From an uncultured Ruminococcus sp. (GTDB lineage: Bacteria > Bacillota > Clostridia > Oscillospirales > Ruminococcaceae): a stretch of 64,000 bases of DNA. Of this stretch, positions 31,138-40,381 are shown piece after piece. Made by a program: the position numbers and the translations under genes. Below the pieces are notes generated by a model that saw only the letters and a program-made list of their open reading frames with translations, searched no databases and was not told where the DNA came from. The stretch covers positions 9,188 to 73,187 of the forward strand of contig CAJTOG010000005.1 in the NCBI GenBank assembly GCA_910577575.1, read 5' to 3'. Position 1 is the stretch's first letter; each line of letters opens with the position of its first letter.

Positions 31138-32541
31138 CTAAAATCTGAAATATATGAACGGATTGTAAGAGGCCGACGAAAGCGTTATTATACAAAGTCC
31201 GAGTAAAACAAGTGATATAACATAAGTACAGGCTTCATAAGTTTTTACTTTTCTCTTTATTCCTGCTTTCTTCCTTATATTATGCATAACAGGCATTGAA
31301 AATACTATAGCAAGTATAAGCATAATCAGATACATGGGAGTAATCTGGCTCATAAACATAGCAGTACTTTCAGAGTTTCCTAAACCATAAAACATATGCT
31401 TTATAAATTCAAACGCTGATGAAAGATTATCTGCCCTGAAAAATACAAACGCAAGAACTGTAACAAATAATGCGTAAATATGCCTGAATGGTTTCAGCCA
31501 CTTTTCCGTATTGATTATTCTATATGATTCAAGCATCATAAATGCACCATTAATCAATCCCCACACTATAAAATTCAGACTTGCACCATGCCATAAGCCC
31601 GTACAGAAAAATACTGCAAGTTTATTGAACGCTGTCCGAACTTTGCCCTTTCTGTTTCCGCCGAGCGGTATATATAAATATTCCTTGAACCATGTTGAAA
31701 CAGAAATATGCCATCTTCTCCAGAATTCCTGAATGCTCTGTGAAATATACGGATAATTGAAATTCTCCTTGAATCTGAAACCGAACATCATACCAAGTCC
31801 GATAGCCATATCACTGTAACCGCTGAAATCAAAATAAATCTGAAAAAGATACGATACAGCTCCGAGCCAAGAAAGAGGTACTGATAAATCTGCCGTATCA
31901 AGTCCATATACATAATCGGCGGCTGCTGCCATAGTATTGGCAATCAAAAGTTTTTTAGAAAGACCGATTATAAAACGTCTTATTCCCTTAGCTGTCTGTT
32001 TCGGAGTATGTATTCTGTGTTCAATCTGATTAACAAAATCATAATATTTAACAATGGGGCCTGCAACAAGCTGAGGGAAAAATGTGATATACAGAGCAAG
32101 CTTAAAATGACTTTTCTGTATATATTCAGGATTTTTATATGCATCAATAACATATGACATCGCCTGAAATGTATAGAAGGATATACCTATGGGAAGTGCT
32201 ATATTCGGCACTGAAATACTGAGGAAAGGCAATCTGTTCAGCATTTCTGTTCCGAAGCCTGCATATTTGAAAATACCAAGCATAAGCAGGTTTGCTGTAA
32301 CTGCACAGACAAGAACAGGTTTTCTATAATTATTTTCCTGTTTCATTGCACGTCCGAACCAATAATTCATCTCAATTGATATAAGCATCAGAATAAGTGC
32401 TTTAGGCTCGCCGTATGTATAAAATGCAAGACTGAATATCAACAAAAGCAGATTTTTAGCTGTTATTGATGGAATTATACGGTACAGGACATATACTGAT
32501 GTCAGAAAAACAAACAGGAATACGGGACTGCTGAAAACCAT
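31138..32541 (-). CDS. MBOAT-family membrane O-acyltransferase (AlgI/DltB/PatA-like)
   Basis: Polytopic. Conserved FWRRWHISVSTWFKEYLYIPLGGNR with the catalytic His region and a later WHGAS. Confidence 0.85.
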   Translation of the reverse strand: MVFSSPVFLFVFLTSVYVLYRIIPSITAKNLLLLIFSLAFYTYGEPKALILMLISIEMNYWFGRAMKQENNYRKPVLVCAVTANLLMLGIFKYAGFGTEMLNRLPFLSISVPNIALPIGISFYTFQAMSYVIDAYKNPEYIQKSHFKLALYITFFPQLVAGPIVKYYDFVNQIEHRIHTPKQTAKGIRRFIIGLSKKLLIANTMAAAADYVYGLDTADLSVPLSWLGAVSYLFQIYFDFSGYSDMAIGLGMMFGFRFKENFNYPYISQSIQEFWRRWHISVSTWFKEYLYIPLGGNRKGKVRTAFNKLAVFFCTGLWHGASLNFIVWGLINGAFMMLESYRIINTEKWLKPFRHIYALFVTVLAFVFFRADNLSSAFEFIKHMFYGLGNSESTAMFMSQITPMYLIMLILAIVFSMPVMHNIRKKAGIKRKVKTYEACTYVISLVLLGLCIITLSSASYNPFIYFRF

Positions 32542-32550
32542 GTATCCTCC

Positions 32551-33336
32551 TTAAACCGGAATATAGAATATGATTGATTTTACAGTATCGCCGTCATATT
32601 CAATATCAAGCTCACTGTCTCCGTTATGATATATAACATAACCTCCGCTTTCTTCACCTGCTCCGTAAGCAGATTCAGCATCAGCCTTTGAACTTCCGAT
32701 AGTTATTCCTGTTGATGTTGAATAATTGCTGTTTTTTATTTCAATCTGATATATATATTCTGCTCCGTCTATAACATAACAATTCAGTGTAAGACCATCA
32801 TAAAAATATATTTTCTGGTCTGCACCGTTTGAAAGACAGCCCTGTGCGTACTGTACATCAAGAGCATCGCCAAGAGCCGAAATAATTTCACTTGCATCAC
32901 TGTTAAGATTATCCATACTGAACTGAACAGTCTGCGATGCCGGAGGGTCTGTAGGAGCTTCTGTAGGCGGTTCTGTCTGTGGTTCATCAGCAGGAGAGTC
33001 AGTTATTGCTTCCGGCGGAACATCCGCAGGAACTCCATCTTCATTTTCTGCCATAGTTGTTTCAGAAGATTCATTTGCCGTAGTTTCAGTTTCTGTGGAA
33101 GTTTTTGATGTTATTGAAGTTTCAGATGTCTTCTCTTTTTTATTATTTGTTTTTTCTGTTGTTTCTGTAGAAGTTTCCGTTGATACTTCAGATGCTCCTG
33201 ATTCTTCTGTCTGATTAGTAACCACAGGTAACTCAAGATTTATAGAACTTTCTTTAGTTTCATCATTTCCACATGAAACTGCTGTAATAGCACAAATTGC
33301 CGCAATCGCAAAAAGTGCTGAAATATTCCTCTTCAT
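32551..33336 (-). CDS. Lipoprotein of unknown function with a Thr/Glu-rich linker
   Basis: Lipobox ITAVSCGN, a low-complexity TSxET region, and a C-terminal beta-rich domain of about 120 aa. Confidence 0.6.
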   Translation of the reverse strand: MKRNISALFAIAAICAITAVSCGNDETKESSINLELPVVTNQTEESGASEVSTETSTETTEKTNNKKEKTSETSITSKTSTETETTANESSETTMAENEDGVPADVPPEAITDSPADEPQTEPPTEAPTDPPASQTVQFSMDNLNSDASEIISALGDALDVQYAQGCLSNGADQKIYFYDGLTLNCYVIDGAEYIYQIEIKNSNYSTSTGITIGSSKADAESAYGAGEESGGYVIYHNGDSELDIEYDGDTVKSIIFYIPV

Positions 33337-33374
33337 AATTTATTTCCTCCGTCTGTCTTTTTAAACGTTGATTA

Positions 33375-35306
33375 TTAATAAAATTTCGGATATACATACT
33401 TATACACTGTATAATTCTTTGATTGAAGTACAGCATCAGAAACACCACAGTAACCGTTGCAGGCATCATAGTTAAGCCATGTTCCGTTTATATAAACCTG
33501 ATTCCAGTAATGGTCTGATGTTTGATGACCTGTGCCGTAAACTATACGTGACTGATAACCTGCCTGTTTATAAAGCAAATCTGAAACTGCTGCAAAATAA
33601 TAGCACACAACAAATCGGTTATCCAATGAGTAATTTGCAAAATACGACCAGCCTTTTTCTTCTATCTGTGCAAGACTTCTTGTTGATTCGATAAGACTGT
33701 ATTTGTTATGATTATAAACATAGTTATAGATTACTGGTGCACTTGTACCTATTGAATCAATTATGCCCTTTGCACGATTCTGAACAGCTGAAAGCGGAAC
33801 AGCACTTCCGTCTTCAGTAAGATTATATCCGCCGACTATCTTATTTGTTTCAAGTTTTCCGCTTGTTTCATTGAAATAATATTTTTTGCCGTCAATATCA
33901 TTCCAACCTGTAACCATTTCACCATTATTTCCGAAATAATACTTTCCGTCGTCCAGAGTCACCCAACCAAACTGCATAGTACCGTCTTCTGCAAAATAAT
34001 ATTTTTTACCGTCAATAAGAAGTCTTCCGGAAGTCATAACATTAGTTTCGGTATTAAAGAAATATTTTTTACCGTCTATTTCAGTAATACCCGAAACAGC
34101 TACGCCATCACTTCCAAAATAACACTTTCCGCTGCTGAAATCCACCCAACCGAACTGCATAGTTCCATCTTCAGCAAAATAGTATTTATTACCATCAATA
34201 AGAAGTCTGCCCTTGAGCATCTTTCCGCTTGTCTGGTCAAAATAATACTTATTTCCCTCAAATTCAGTAATGCCCTTAGCCATTTTTCCATCATCAGAAA
34301 AAAGATATTTTTCGTTTTCAATTTCAATCATACCAGTATACATAGTAAAATCATCGGAAAAATAATATTTGTCCTCACCGTCTTCAACTATACCTGAAAC
34401 AAGTTTGCCATTTTCACCTGCATAGTAAGTTTTACCGTCCAAAGTCTGCAATCCTTTGAGAAGTACTCCCTTTTTGGTAAAAAGATATGTTGAACCGTCA
34501 ATTTCAGTTATACCTGATGCATAGGTTGCATCTTTATAGAAATATCTGATATTTTCATTTATATCAAGCCAGCCATACTGCATCTGTCCTGTTTCCTCAC
34601 TGAAAAGATATTCAGCACCGCCAATACTTACAATACCTGTACACATTCCGTTTTCTTTGGTAATGTAATAATAATTTCCTTTTTCACTGAACAGTCCGAA
34701 AACAGGTTCAGCACTTTCAGGATTATAATAATACTTTTTATCACCTAAATCAACCCAGCCTGTCCGGCATTTTCCTGATTCATCAAAAACATATACAGTA
34801 TCATCTATTTTAAATTCTCCTACCGCCAGATTACCTTCGGAATCAATATAATAAATGTCCTCATCAATCTTTGCAAATCCTTCTTCCGTAAGCACATCAC
34901 CCTTATCTCCAAGAATAACCATATTGCCGTTTTCATTTTCATAAACACAATCTGAAAGTTTTCCTGTTTCTTCTTTTTCTATGTAATACTGTTTTCCGCA
35001 GTATTCAATCCAACCATATACTGGCTTGCCTGTTTCGGGGTCATAGTATTTTCTTACACCGTTAACAGTTCTCCAGCCTGTTTTCTGAACACCGTTTTTT
35101 GAAAAAATATAAGTTTCACCGTCTATCTCCTGTTCACCGGTAACGGCAGTGCTGTTTTCATCATAGTAAAAAATTCTGCCGTTTTCATCAGTAATCCATT
35201 CAGAAGTATACTTGGTATCTTCTGCATAAACTGCTGGCGGAGCAACAGCTATAATACTTAAAGCTGCTGCAAATATACATATTAATGTCTTATTGTGTTT
35301 TTTCAT
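33375..35306 (-). CDS. Cell-wall-binding-repeat (CW_binding_1/choline-binding type) protein with a C-terminal transglutaminase-like cysteine-protease domain
   Basis: Signal peptide after the start at 35306 (AGGAGGA Shine-Dalgarno sequence). About 20 repeats of the form GW.....G..YYF...G.M..G. C-terminal VCYYFAA...DHYWNQVY...NYDA resembles a Cys-His-Asp transglutaminase core. Confidence 0.8.
   Translation of the reverse strand: MKKHNKTLICIFAAALSIIAVAPPAVYAEDTKYTSEWITDENGRIFYYDENSTAVTGEQEIDGETYIFSKNGVQKTGWRTVNGVRKYYDPETGKPVYGWIEYCGKQYYIEKEETGKLSDCVYENENGNMVILGDKGDVLTEEGFAKIDEDIYYIDSEGNLAVGEFKIDDTVYVFDESGKCRTGWVDLGDKKYYYNPESAEPVFGLFSEKGNYYYITKENGMCTGIVSIGGAEYLFSEETGQMQYGWLDINENIRYFYKDATYASGITEIDGSTYLFTKKGVLLKGLQTLDGKTYYAGENGKLVSGIVEDGEDKYYFSDDFTMYTGMIEIENEKYLFSDDGKMAKGITEFEGNKYYFDQTSGKMLKGRLLIDGNKYYFAEDGTMQFGWVDFSSGKCYFGSDGVAVSGITEIDGKKYFFNTETNVMTSGRLLIDGKKYYFAEDGTMQFGWVTLDDGKYYFGNNGEMVTGWNDIDGKKYYFNETSGKLETNKIVGGYNLTEDGSAVPLSAVQNRAKGIIDSIGTSAPVIYNYVYNHNKYSLIESTRSLAQIEEKGWSYFANYSLDNRFVVCYYFAAVSDLLYKQAGYQSRIVYGTGHQTSDHYWNQVYINGTWLNYDACNGYCGVSDAVLQSKNYTVYKYVYPKFY
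33860..35207 (-). repeat. Array of roughly 20-aa cell-wall-binding repeats (coding)
   Basis: Periodic aromatic/Gly pattern throughout. Two blocks, GRLLIDG(N/K)KYYFAEDGTMQFGWV at about 33961-34027 and 34145-34211, are nearly identical in protein but differ at many synonymous sites. Confidence 0.75.
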
Positions 35307-35489
35307 AAAAATCCTCCTGTTGTCATAACTCACCTTGAATTTTTGATATAAATTTATTATACAATAAGCTGTATTAAAAGTCAATAAAGCAGATACAGTT
35401 TCTTTTGTCGAAAATACCAAAACAATAACTTATAAACAGCATTACCTGATAAATAAAAAACATTCTGCTTTAGGGCATTCCTCAAAAGG

Positions 35490-37085
35490 TTATTTTCCTA
35501 CAACGCAGTTCACAATGCCCTGATAAAGTGAAGCAGACTCACTTGCAAAATTATATCCAAAAGCTCCGGGGTTTTTTACCTGCATAATAACTATGTATGA
35601 ATCACTGTAATTATTATAATCCTTATAAACTTTAGTACCATCATCATTGACATTTTTAAGTATTCCCGTAATATAGAGAATATCGCCTTCCCATGTTTCA
35701 GCAGTACCTGTTTTAGCATAAAAATTATAGCCGTCGGGGAGATATATTCCCAAACCGTTTCCTACTCCGGTCATTCCGTCAAGAAGATTTTGTCTATATT
35801 CAGCCGGAATAGTACCAATAACATCATGGTCTTTTGAACCGCTTTTTATAACAGTATTGCAGTCACTTGTATCAACTATATTCTTTACGGTAAAAGGCTT
35901 GACCATATCACCGAATGCAGCTTCACGACCGAGTGCCGCAAGATAAATAGGACAGGTCATGACCTTTGCCTGACCGAAAGCTGAACGTCTTAAATCATCA
36001 TTGCAATAAATTTCAATATTATTGCTCAGCGTACCAAAATCGCATTCTATATCGCTTGTGAAATGGAAAATCTTATCCAAGTCATCAAGAACAGCATCCT
36101 TGCCGATTGTATCAAAGGAACGGGCAAAGAAAATATTACTTGAGTTTACAAATGCTGAGTAAAGACTTCTTTCCATAGGATAACTCCACTTGTTTGTTTC
36201 ATGGTCCCAGTTGACTATTGATGTACCGTCAAAGCACCATTCCCCTTCGTCATAAAGGGAAGTTATACCATGCTTATCTGAAATTACTTCAGACATTATT
36301 TTAAAGCATGAACCGGGCGGAAAGTTCTGAAAGGCCTTATTGCCATAAGTTCCCCATGCCAAATCTTCTTCGGTTTCAATATCGTAATAATCATCAGGAT
36401 TATATGAGGGGTAAGAAACCTGTGCCATAAGCGAACCGTCGCTTCTCATTACAACAGCTGAACCGATAATCCCCATACTTTCCATATAGCTATAAATTTC
36501 ATTCTGAGTATCAGAATCAAAAGTGAGCTGAATTGACTGTCCTATTTCACTTCGACCGTCAATAGCTGAAGGATTTTTTGTTCTTAAAATATCATTGTAC
36601 GTCAAATCAAGACCTTCTGACATTTCATTAAGAACGTTCGCAAAGGCAACTTTATTTGCATCATTTGCCATTCGCTTTTCTTTATCGCCTGCACCTTTTT
36701 CACTGAACATAAGCAGTTTTCCATTTGCATCATAAAGATTTCCTTTCATAACGGAATATGTTACAGCTGTAGTAACTGTTTTTGTCACAGTCTTATCCGA
36801 AACAGCAGTTGTTACTTTATTAAGACTTTTGGTTTCAGTTGTTTTTTCAGTTCTCGTTGACAATGTTACTGAGGTTTCAGATGTTCTGCTTGTCTGAACT
36901 GTTGTCTTATCTGAATCATGTAACTGATTACCGTTTCCATTTTCAAAATCTTCTCTTGTAAGCGTATTATCCATCTGAGAATTATTTACCTGTTGTACTA
37001 TATTTCCGCATGACTGAAGCGAAAACAGTGAAAGCATTCCTACAGATGCAAGAACTGAAGCAATTTTCTTTTTTCTATTTTTCAT
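35490..37085 (-). CDS. Penicillin-binding protein, transpeptidase domain, predicted lipoprotein
   Basis: Lipobox FSLQSCGN and a Ser/Thr-rich linker. All three penicillin-binding motifs are present: SCFK (SxxK), SSN (SxN) and KTGT. Confidence 0.8.
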   Translation of the reverse strand: MKNRKKKIASVLASVGMLSLFSLQSCGNIVQQVNNSQMDNTLTREDFENGNGNQLHDSDKTTVQTSRTSETSVTLSTRTEKTTETKSLNKVTTAVSDKTVTKTVTTAVTYSVMKGNLYDANGKLLMFSEKGAGDKEKRMANDANKVAFANVLNEMSEGLDLTYNDILRTKNPSAIDGRSEIGQSIQLTFDSDTQNEIYSYMESMGIIGSAVVMRSDGSLMAQVSYPSYNPDDYYDIETEEDLAWGTYGNKAFQNFPPGSCFKIMSEVISDKHGITSLYDEGEWCFDGTSIVNWDHETNKWSYPMERSLYSAFVNSSNIFFARSFDTIGKDAVLDDLDKIFHFTSDIECDFGTLSNNIEIYCNDDLRRSAFGQAKVMTCPIYLAALGREAAFGDMVKPFTVKNIVDTSDCNTVIKSGSKDHDVIGTIPAEYRQNLLDGMTGVGNGLGIYLPDGYNFYAKTGTAETWEGDILYITGILKNVNDDGTKVYKDYNNYSDSYIVIMQVKNPGAFGYNFASESASLYQGIVNCVVGK

Positions 37086-37286
37086 GTTGATTGATACCCC
37101 CAAAAAATTCTTTCTGATAATAATTATAGCTCATTTTTCGGATTATGTCAATATATGAACCATTAAAAATTTTCAGGTCATATTATACAATTTTTCGGAA
37201 TATTTTAAGTTTTATAACAAATATTTCCGAATAATTTTACATAAATTTTGCATATATTTTTAATAAATGCTTTTCGGAGGTAAAAT

Positions 37287-38444
37287 ATGAAAAAATTAAC
37301 TGTTTTATCAATAATATCAGTTATTGCACTGTCTTCTTGTTCATTTGAAGAAACAAGTATCAAGCCATCAGAATCATCAGTTACAGAGCCTTATACCCAG
37401 AATGAAACATTTATCCAGCCAAAAGAAAATACCGGCTATACTCCTTTAAATTTTACTAATCAGGCAGGTTTATGGCTTCCCTATATGGATTTTGAAAATT
37501 ATATGTACAATAAATCTGAAGATGAATACAGAAAGGAAATAAAAAAAATTCTCAGCGATGCAAAAGCTGAGGGCATAAATACTATTTATTTTCATGTTCA
37601 TCCGAATGGAGATGCATATTATAAGTCAGATATTTTTCCAAAAGGCATCTATTATACAGGCGACTATGACCCTTTACAGATTATGCTTGATGAAGCTCAT
37701 AATATGGGAATTTCAGTTCATGCATGGCTTAATCCTCTGAGAATGCAGACAGTTGAACAGATGGAAAATCTGCCCGATGATTTCATAGTAAAAAAATGGA
37801 TTAATGAAAAAAGTCCTATGATTAAAATTGTAAATAACCGTTGGTATCTGAATCCGGCATATGAAGAAGTAAATGAACTCATAAGTAAATCTGCTGATGA
37901 AATACTCAAAAATTATAACGTTGACGGAATACATATAGATGACTATTTTTATCCCACAACAGATACTGAATTTGATGCCGAAGCCTTTAAAGCAAGTAAC
38001 AGCAGTGATTTATCACAGTGGAGACAGAACAATATAAACAATATGGTTAAATCCTTATATGATACTGTAAAAAACAATAACAAAAAAATTAAATTCGGAA
38101 TAAGTCCACAGGGAAATATAAATGCAAACTATAATTCACAGTATGCCGATGTAAAACTATGGGCTGGTACTGAAGGTTATGCCGATTATATAATTCCACA
38201 GATTTATTTCGGATTTGAAAACGAAACCTGCCCATTTGAATCGACCTTGAAAGAATGGGAAAAACTTGTAAAGGACAGCGGAACTTCCCTTATTATAGGA
38301 CTTGCAGAGTACAAGCTCGGCGAGGAAGATAAATGGGCAGGTGCTGCGGGTGAACTGGAATGGATTGAAAATCCTGACATTATCAATCAGCAGATTGAAC
38401 TTGTAAAAAATTCATCTGCCAATGGATATGCACTATACAGATAA
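37287..38444 (+). CDS. GHL10 (DUF187, YngK-like) glycoside-hydrolase-like lipoprotein
   Basis: Lipobox ALSSCSF. TIM-barrel-like motifs GINTIYFHV, HAWLNP and DGIHIDDYFYP. Confidence 0.7.
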   Translation: MKKLTVLSIISVIALSSCSFEETSIKPSESSVTEPYTQNETFIQPKENTGYTPLNFTNQAGLWLPYMDFENYMYNKSEDEYRKEIKKILSDAKAEGINTIYFHVHPNGDAYYKSDIFPKGIYYTGDYDPLQIMLDEAHNMGISVHAWLNPLRMQTVEQMENLPDDFIVKKWINEKSPMIKIVNNRWYLNPAYEEVNELISKSADEILKNYNVDGIHIDDYFYPTTDTEFDAEAFKASNSSDLSQWRQNNINNMVKSLYDTVKNNNKKIKFGISPQGNINANYNSQYADVKLWAGTEGYADYIIPQIYFGFENETCPFESTLKEWEKLVKDSGTSLIIGLAEYKLGEEDKWAGAAGELEWIENPDIINQQIELVKNSSANGYALYR

Positions 38445-38445
38445 A

Positions 38446-38778
38446 TTAAATATTAATATATATAAATACAGTGACAGCAATAATAATTACTGTAAACACA
38501 GCAGAAAACAATAAAATTCTGTTTTTCGGAACATTGAATTTTTTCATTATAAATATGGATAAATAAACAAACTGATAAATAAGGCATGACGGAATTACAG
38601 GAATATAACACAGCATAAGCATCATTAACAATGTAGCGTCCCTGAAAGCCTCAAAACCATATGATGTGCTAAAGAAAAAAGTAAACCCGTTAGCCATTGA
38701 ATATATTCCATAAATCAACGTAAAAACATACGGAGCAAACGACAAAACAAGTATTATTCTCGAAATTATTTTTTTCAT
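38446..38778 (-). CDS. Small polytopic membrane protein (110 aa), paralogue of the 38790-39164 gene
   Basis: GAGGGAA Shine-Dalgarno sequence 7 nt before the ATG at 38778. Shares the K-I-I-x-V-L-S-x-x-P-Y start and the (V/L)-I-P-x-C-L motif with the upstream gene. Confidence 0.5.
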   Translation of the reverse strand: MKKIISRIILVLSFAPYVFTLIYGIYSMANGFTFFFSTSYGFEAFRDATLLMMLMLCYIPVIPSCLIYQFVYLSIFIMKKFNVPKNRILLFSAVFTVIIIAVTVFIYINI

Positions 38779-38789
38779 GTAATTTTCCC

Positions 38790-39164
38790 TCACAGAGCAA
38801 AGTCAACATTTTCATAAAATTCAAAAAACCATGTTTTAATAAATATATAGCCAAATACTGAAAAAACTGCAATGATAACATATAATATTTTTATCACATC
38901 CGCTGAAATATTAAATTTTTCAATAATTTTTTTCACAATAATATCAGCAATAATATTAAAATGAAAAGCCAAACAAAAAGGAATCAAAGGAACTGAATTA
39001 CTAAAAAAATACAGCATATACATACAGCCAATTATAAATGCACTCAAAGAATATTCAGAAAAAACAGAGACAACAGTAAATCTTACAATTGCACCGCATA
39101 TAACTACCGCATAATAAGGAGTGACAGATAAAACAATTATTATTTTAAATATTTTACTTTTCAT
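38790..39164 (-). CDS. Small polytopic membrane protein (124 aa)
   Basis: AAGGAGGGA Shine-Dalgarno sequence upstream. Four predicted hydrophobic helices. No family recognised. Confidence 0.5.
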   Translation of the reverse strand: MKSKIFKIIIVLSVTPYYAVVICGAIVRFTVVSVFSEYSLSAFIIGCMYMLYFFSNSVPLIPFCLAFHFNIIADIIVKKIIEKFNISADVIKILYVIIAVFSVFGYIFIKTWFFEFYENVDFAL

Positions 39165-39250
39165 ATAATATCCCTCCTTTTGAATATTTTACCATAGTTT
39201 TGAAGACTTTAAAAGATAACAAATGTAACTGAAACAGTGACAAATGTAAT

Positions 39251-39283
39251 AAAAAAGAGAACCCTAAAACATGGATTCTCTTT
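39251..39283 (-). terminator. Rho-independent terminator after the radical-SAM gene
   Basis: The minus strand reads AAAGAGAATCCatgttttaGGGTTCTCTTTTTTT. Confidence 0.7.
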
Positions 39284-39295
39284 AAAATATTTCAA

Positions 39296-40369
39296 TTAAA
39301 ACAGTATATCTTTGAAACATAGCTGAGGTTCATGTTTATCAAAATCCCAGCTATGATAGGAATCTCCGTGACATCTGCATTTTTCCGCACAGTTACGGCA
39401 TTTTTCATTTTCGTCACTGAGATTTTTTCTGAATATCTCAAACCTGTTCTCCCAGACATCTTTGAAACGGTCTGTAAGGATATTTCCCTGAACAAACTCC
39501 GGACGGCGTTCAATATCAAGACAGGCTGTGATATCACCGTTTGCCATTATACTTGCGATATAAGTTCCGGCAGTACATATATAGTACCAATCACGCACTT
39601 CACGTTCATATTCCATGCCAAGATAATGACTGCAACCGTATGTAACAGGTTCCCCCGCAATTCTCTTGTTACGAATATATTCAAACATATAGCGATAATC
39701 GTCATCTGTAAGAATAAGTTCCGGATGCTGTTTTGCACGTCCGATAGGCTCAATATTGATAATTCTCCATGAATCAATATCCATATCGTCAAATATTTTA
39801 TAAAGTTCGTTAAGCTGACTGATATTCTGATGAGTTACAACAGTAGTAATTTGAATGTGTTTGAAGCCTTCTGTTCTGATAAGACTTTCTACGCCATTCA
39901 ATGCACGTTTCCAGCCACCCGGAGTACGTCTGAAAACATCATGAGTTTCTTCAAGTCCGTCAATACTTACTGATATTGTTCCCATTCCTACACGCTTAAG
40001 GTCTTTTGCTACAGGGTAATCAATAAGAGTTGCATTACTTGTCATGCCCCAATGGAAACCAAGTTCATGAGCAACTGCCATAATATCAAAGAAGTCTTTA
40101 CGCAGTAACGGTTCACCGCCCGTAATGCAAAGCATTTTATTTGCTGTACCAAAATCTCCCTTTACTTCAGCAAGAAACTTTGCATATTGATTTACATTAA
40201 GTTCGTCCATCTGTACATCTCCGCAGCTGCTTCCGCAATGAAGGCACTTTTCATTGCAGCGGAGTGTCAGTTCAAGAAACAGATGGCGGAGCTGCGGCTT
40301 AATCATAAGCCCAGCACGATAAGCTTCCAAAGTTTTCATATTATCTTTTTTTATATTTACATCAAACAT
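39296..40369 (-). CDS. Radical SAM enzyme with a C-terminal SPASM domain, maturase-like, with no N-terminal RRE domain
   Basis: CxxxCxxC cluster CNEKCLHC about 35 aa from the N-terminus, a GGEPLL SAM motif, and a Cys-rich C-terminus (CTAG...ACLD...CRNCAEKCRCHG). AAGGAGAA Shine-Dalgarno sequence. The start lies 12 nt after the upstream stop. Confidence 0.8.
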   Translation of the reverse strand: MFDVNIKKDNMKTLEAYRAGLMIKPQLRHLFLELTLRCNEKCLHCGSSCGDVQMDELNVNQYAKFLAEVKGDFGTANKMLCITGGEPLLRKDFFDIMAVAHELGFHWGMTSNATLIDYPVAKDLKRVGMGTISVSIDGLEETHDVFRRTPGGWKRALNGVESLIRTEGFKHIQITTVVTHQNISQLNELYKIFDDMDIDSWRIINIEPIGRAKQHPELILTDDDYRYMFEYIRNKRIAGEPVTYGCSHYLGMEYEREVRDWYYICTAGTYIASIMANGDITACLDIERRPEFVQGNILTDRFKDVWENRFEIFRKNLSDENEKCRNCAEKCRCHGDSYHSWDFDKHEPQLCFKDILF

Positions 40370-40381
40370 TTTGGTTTCTCC

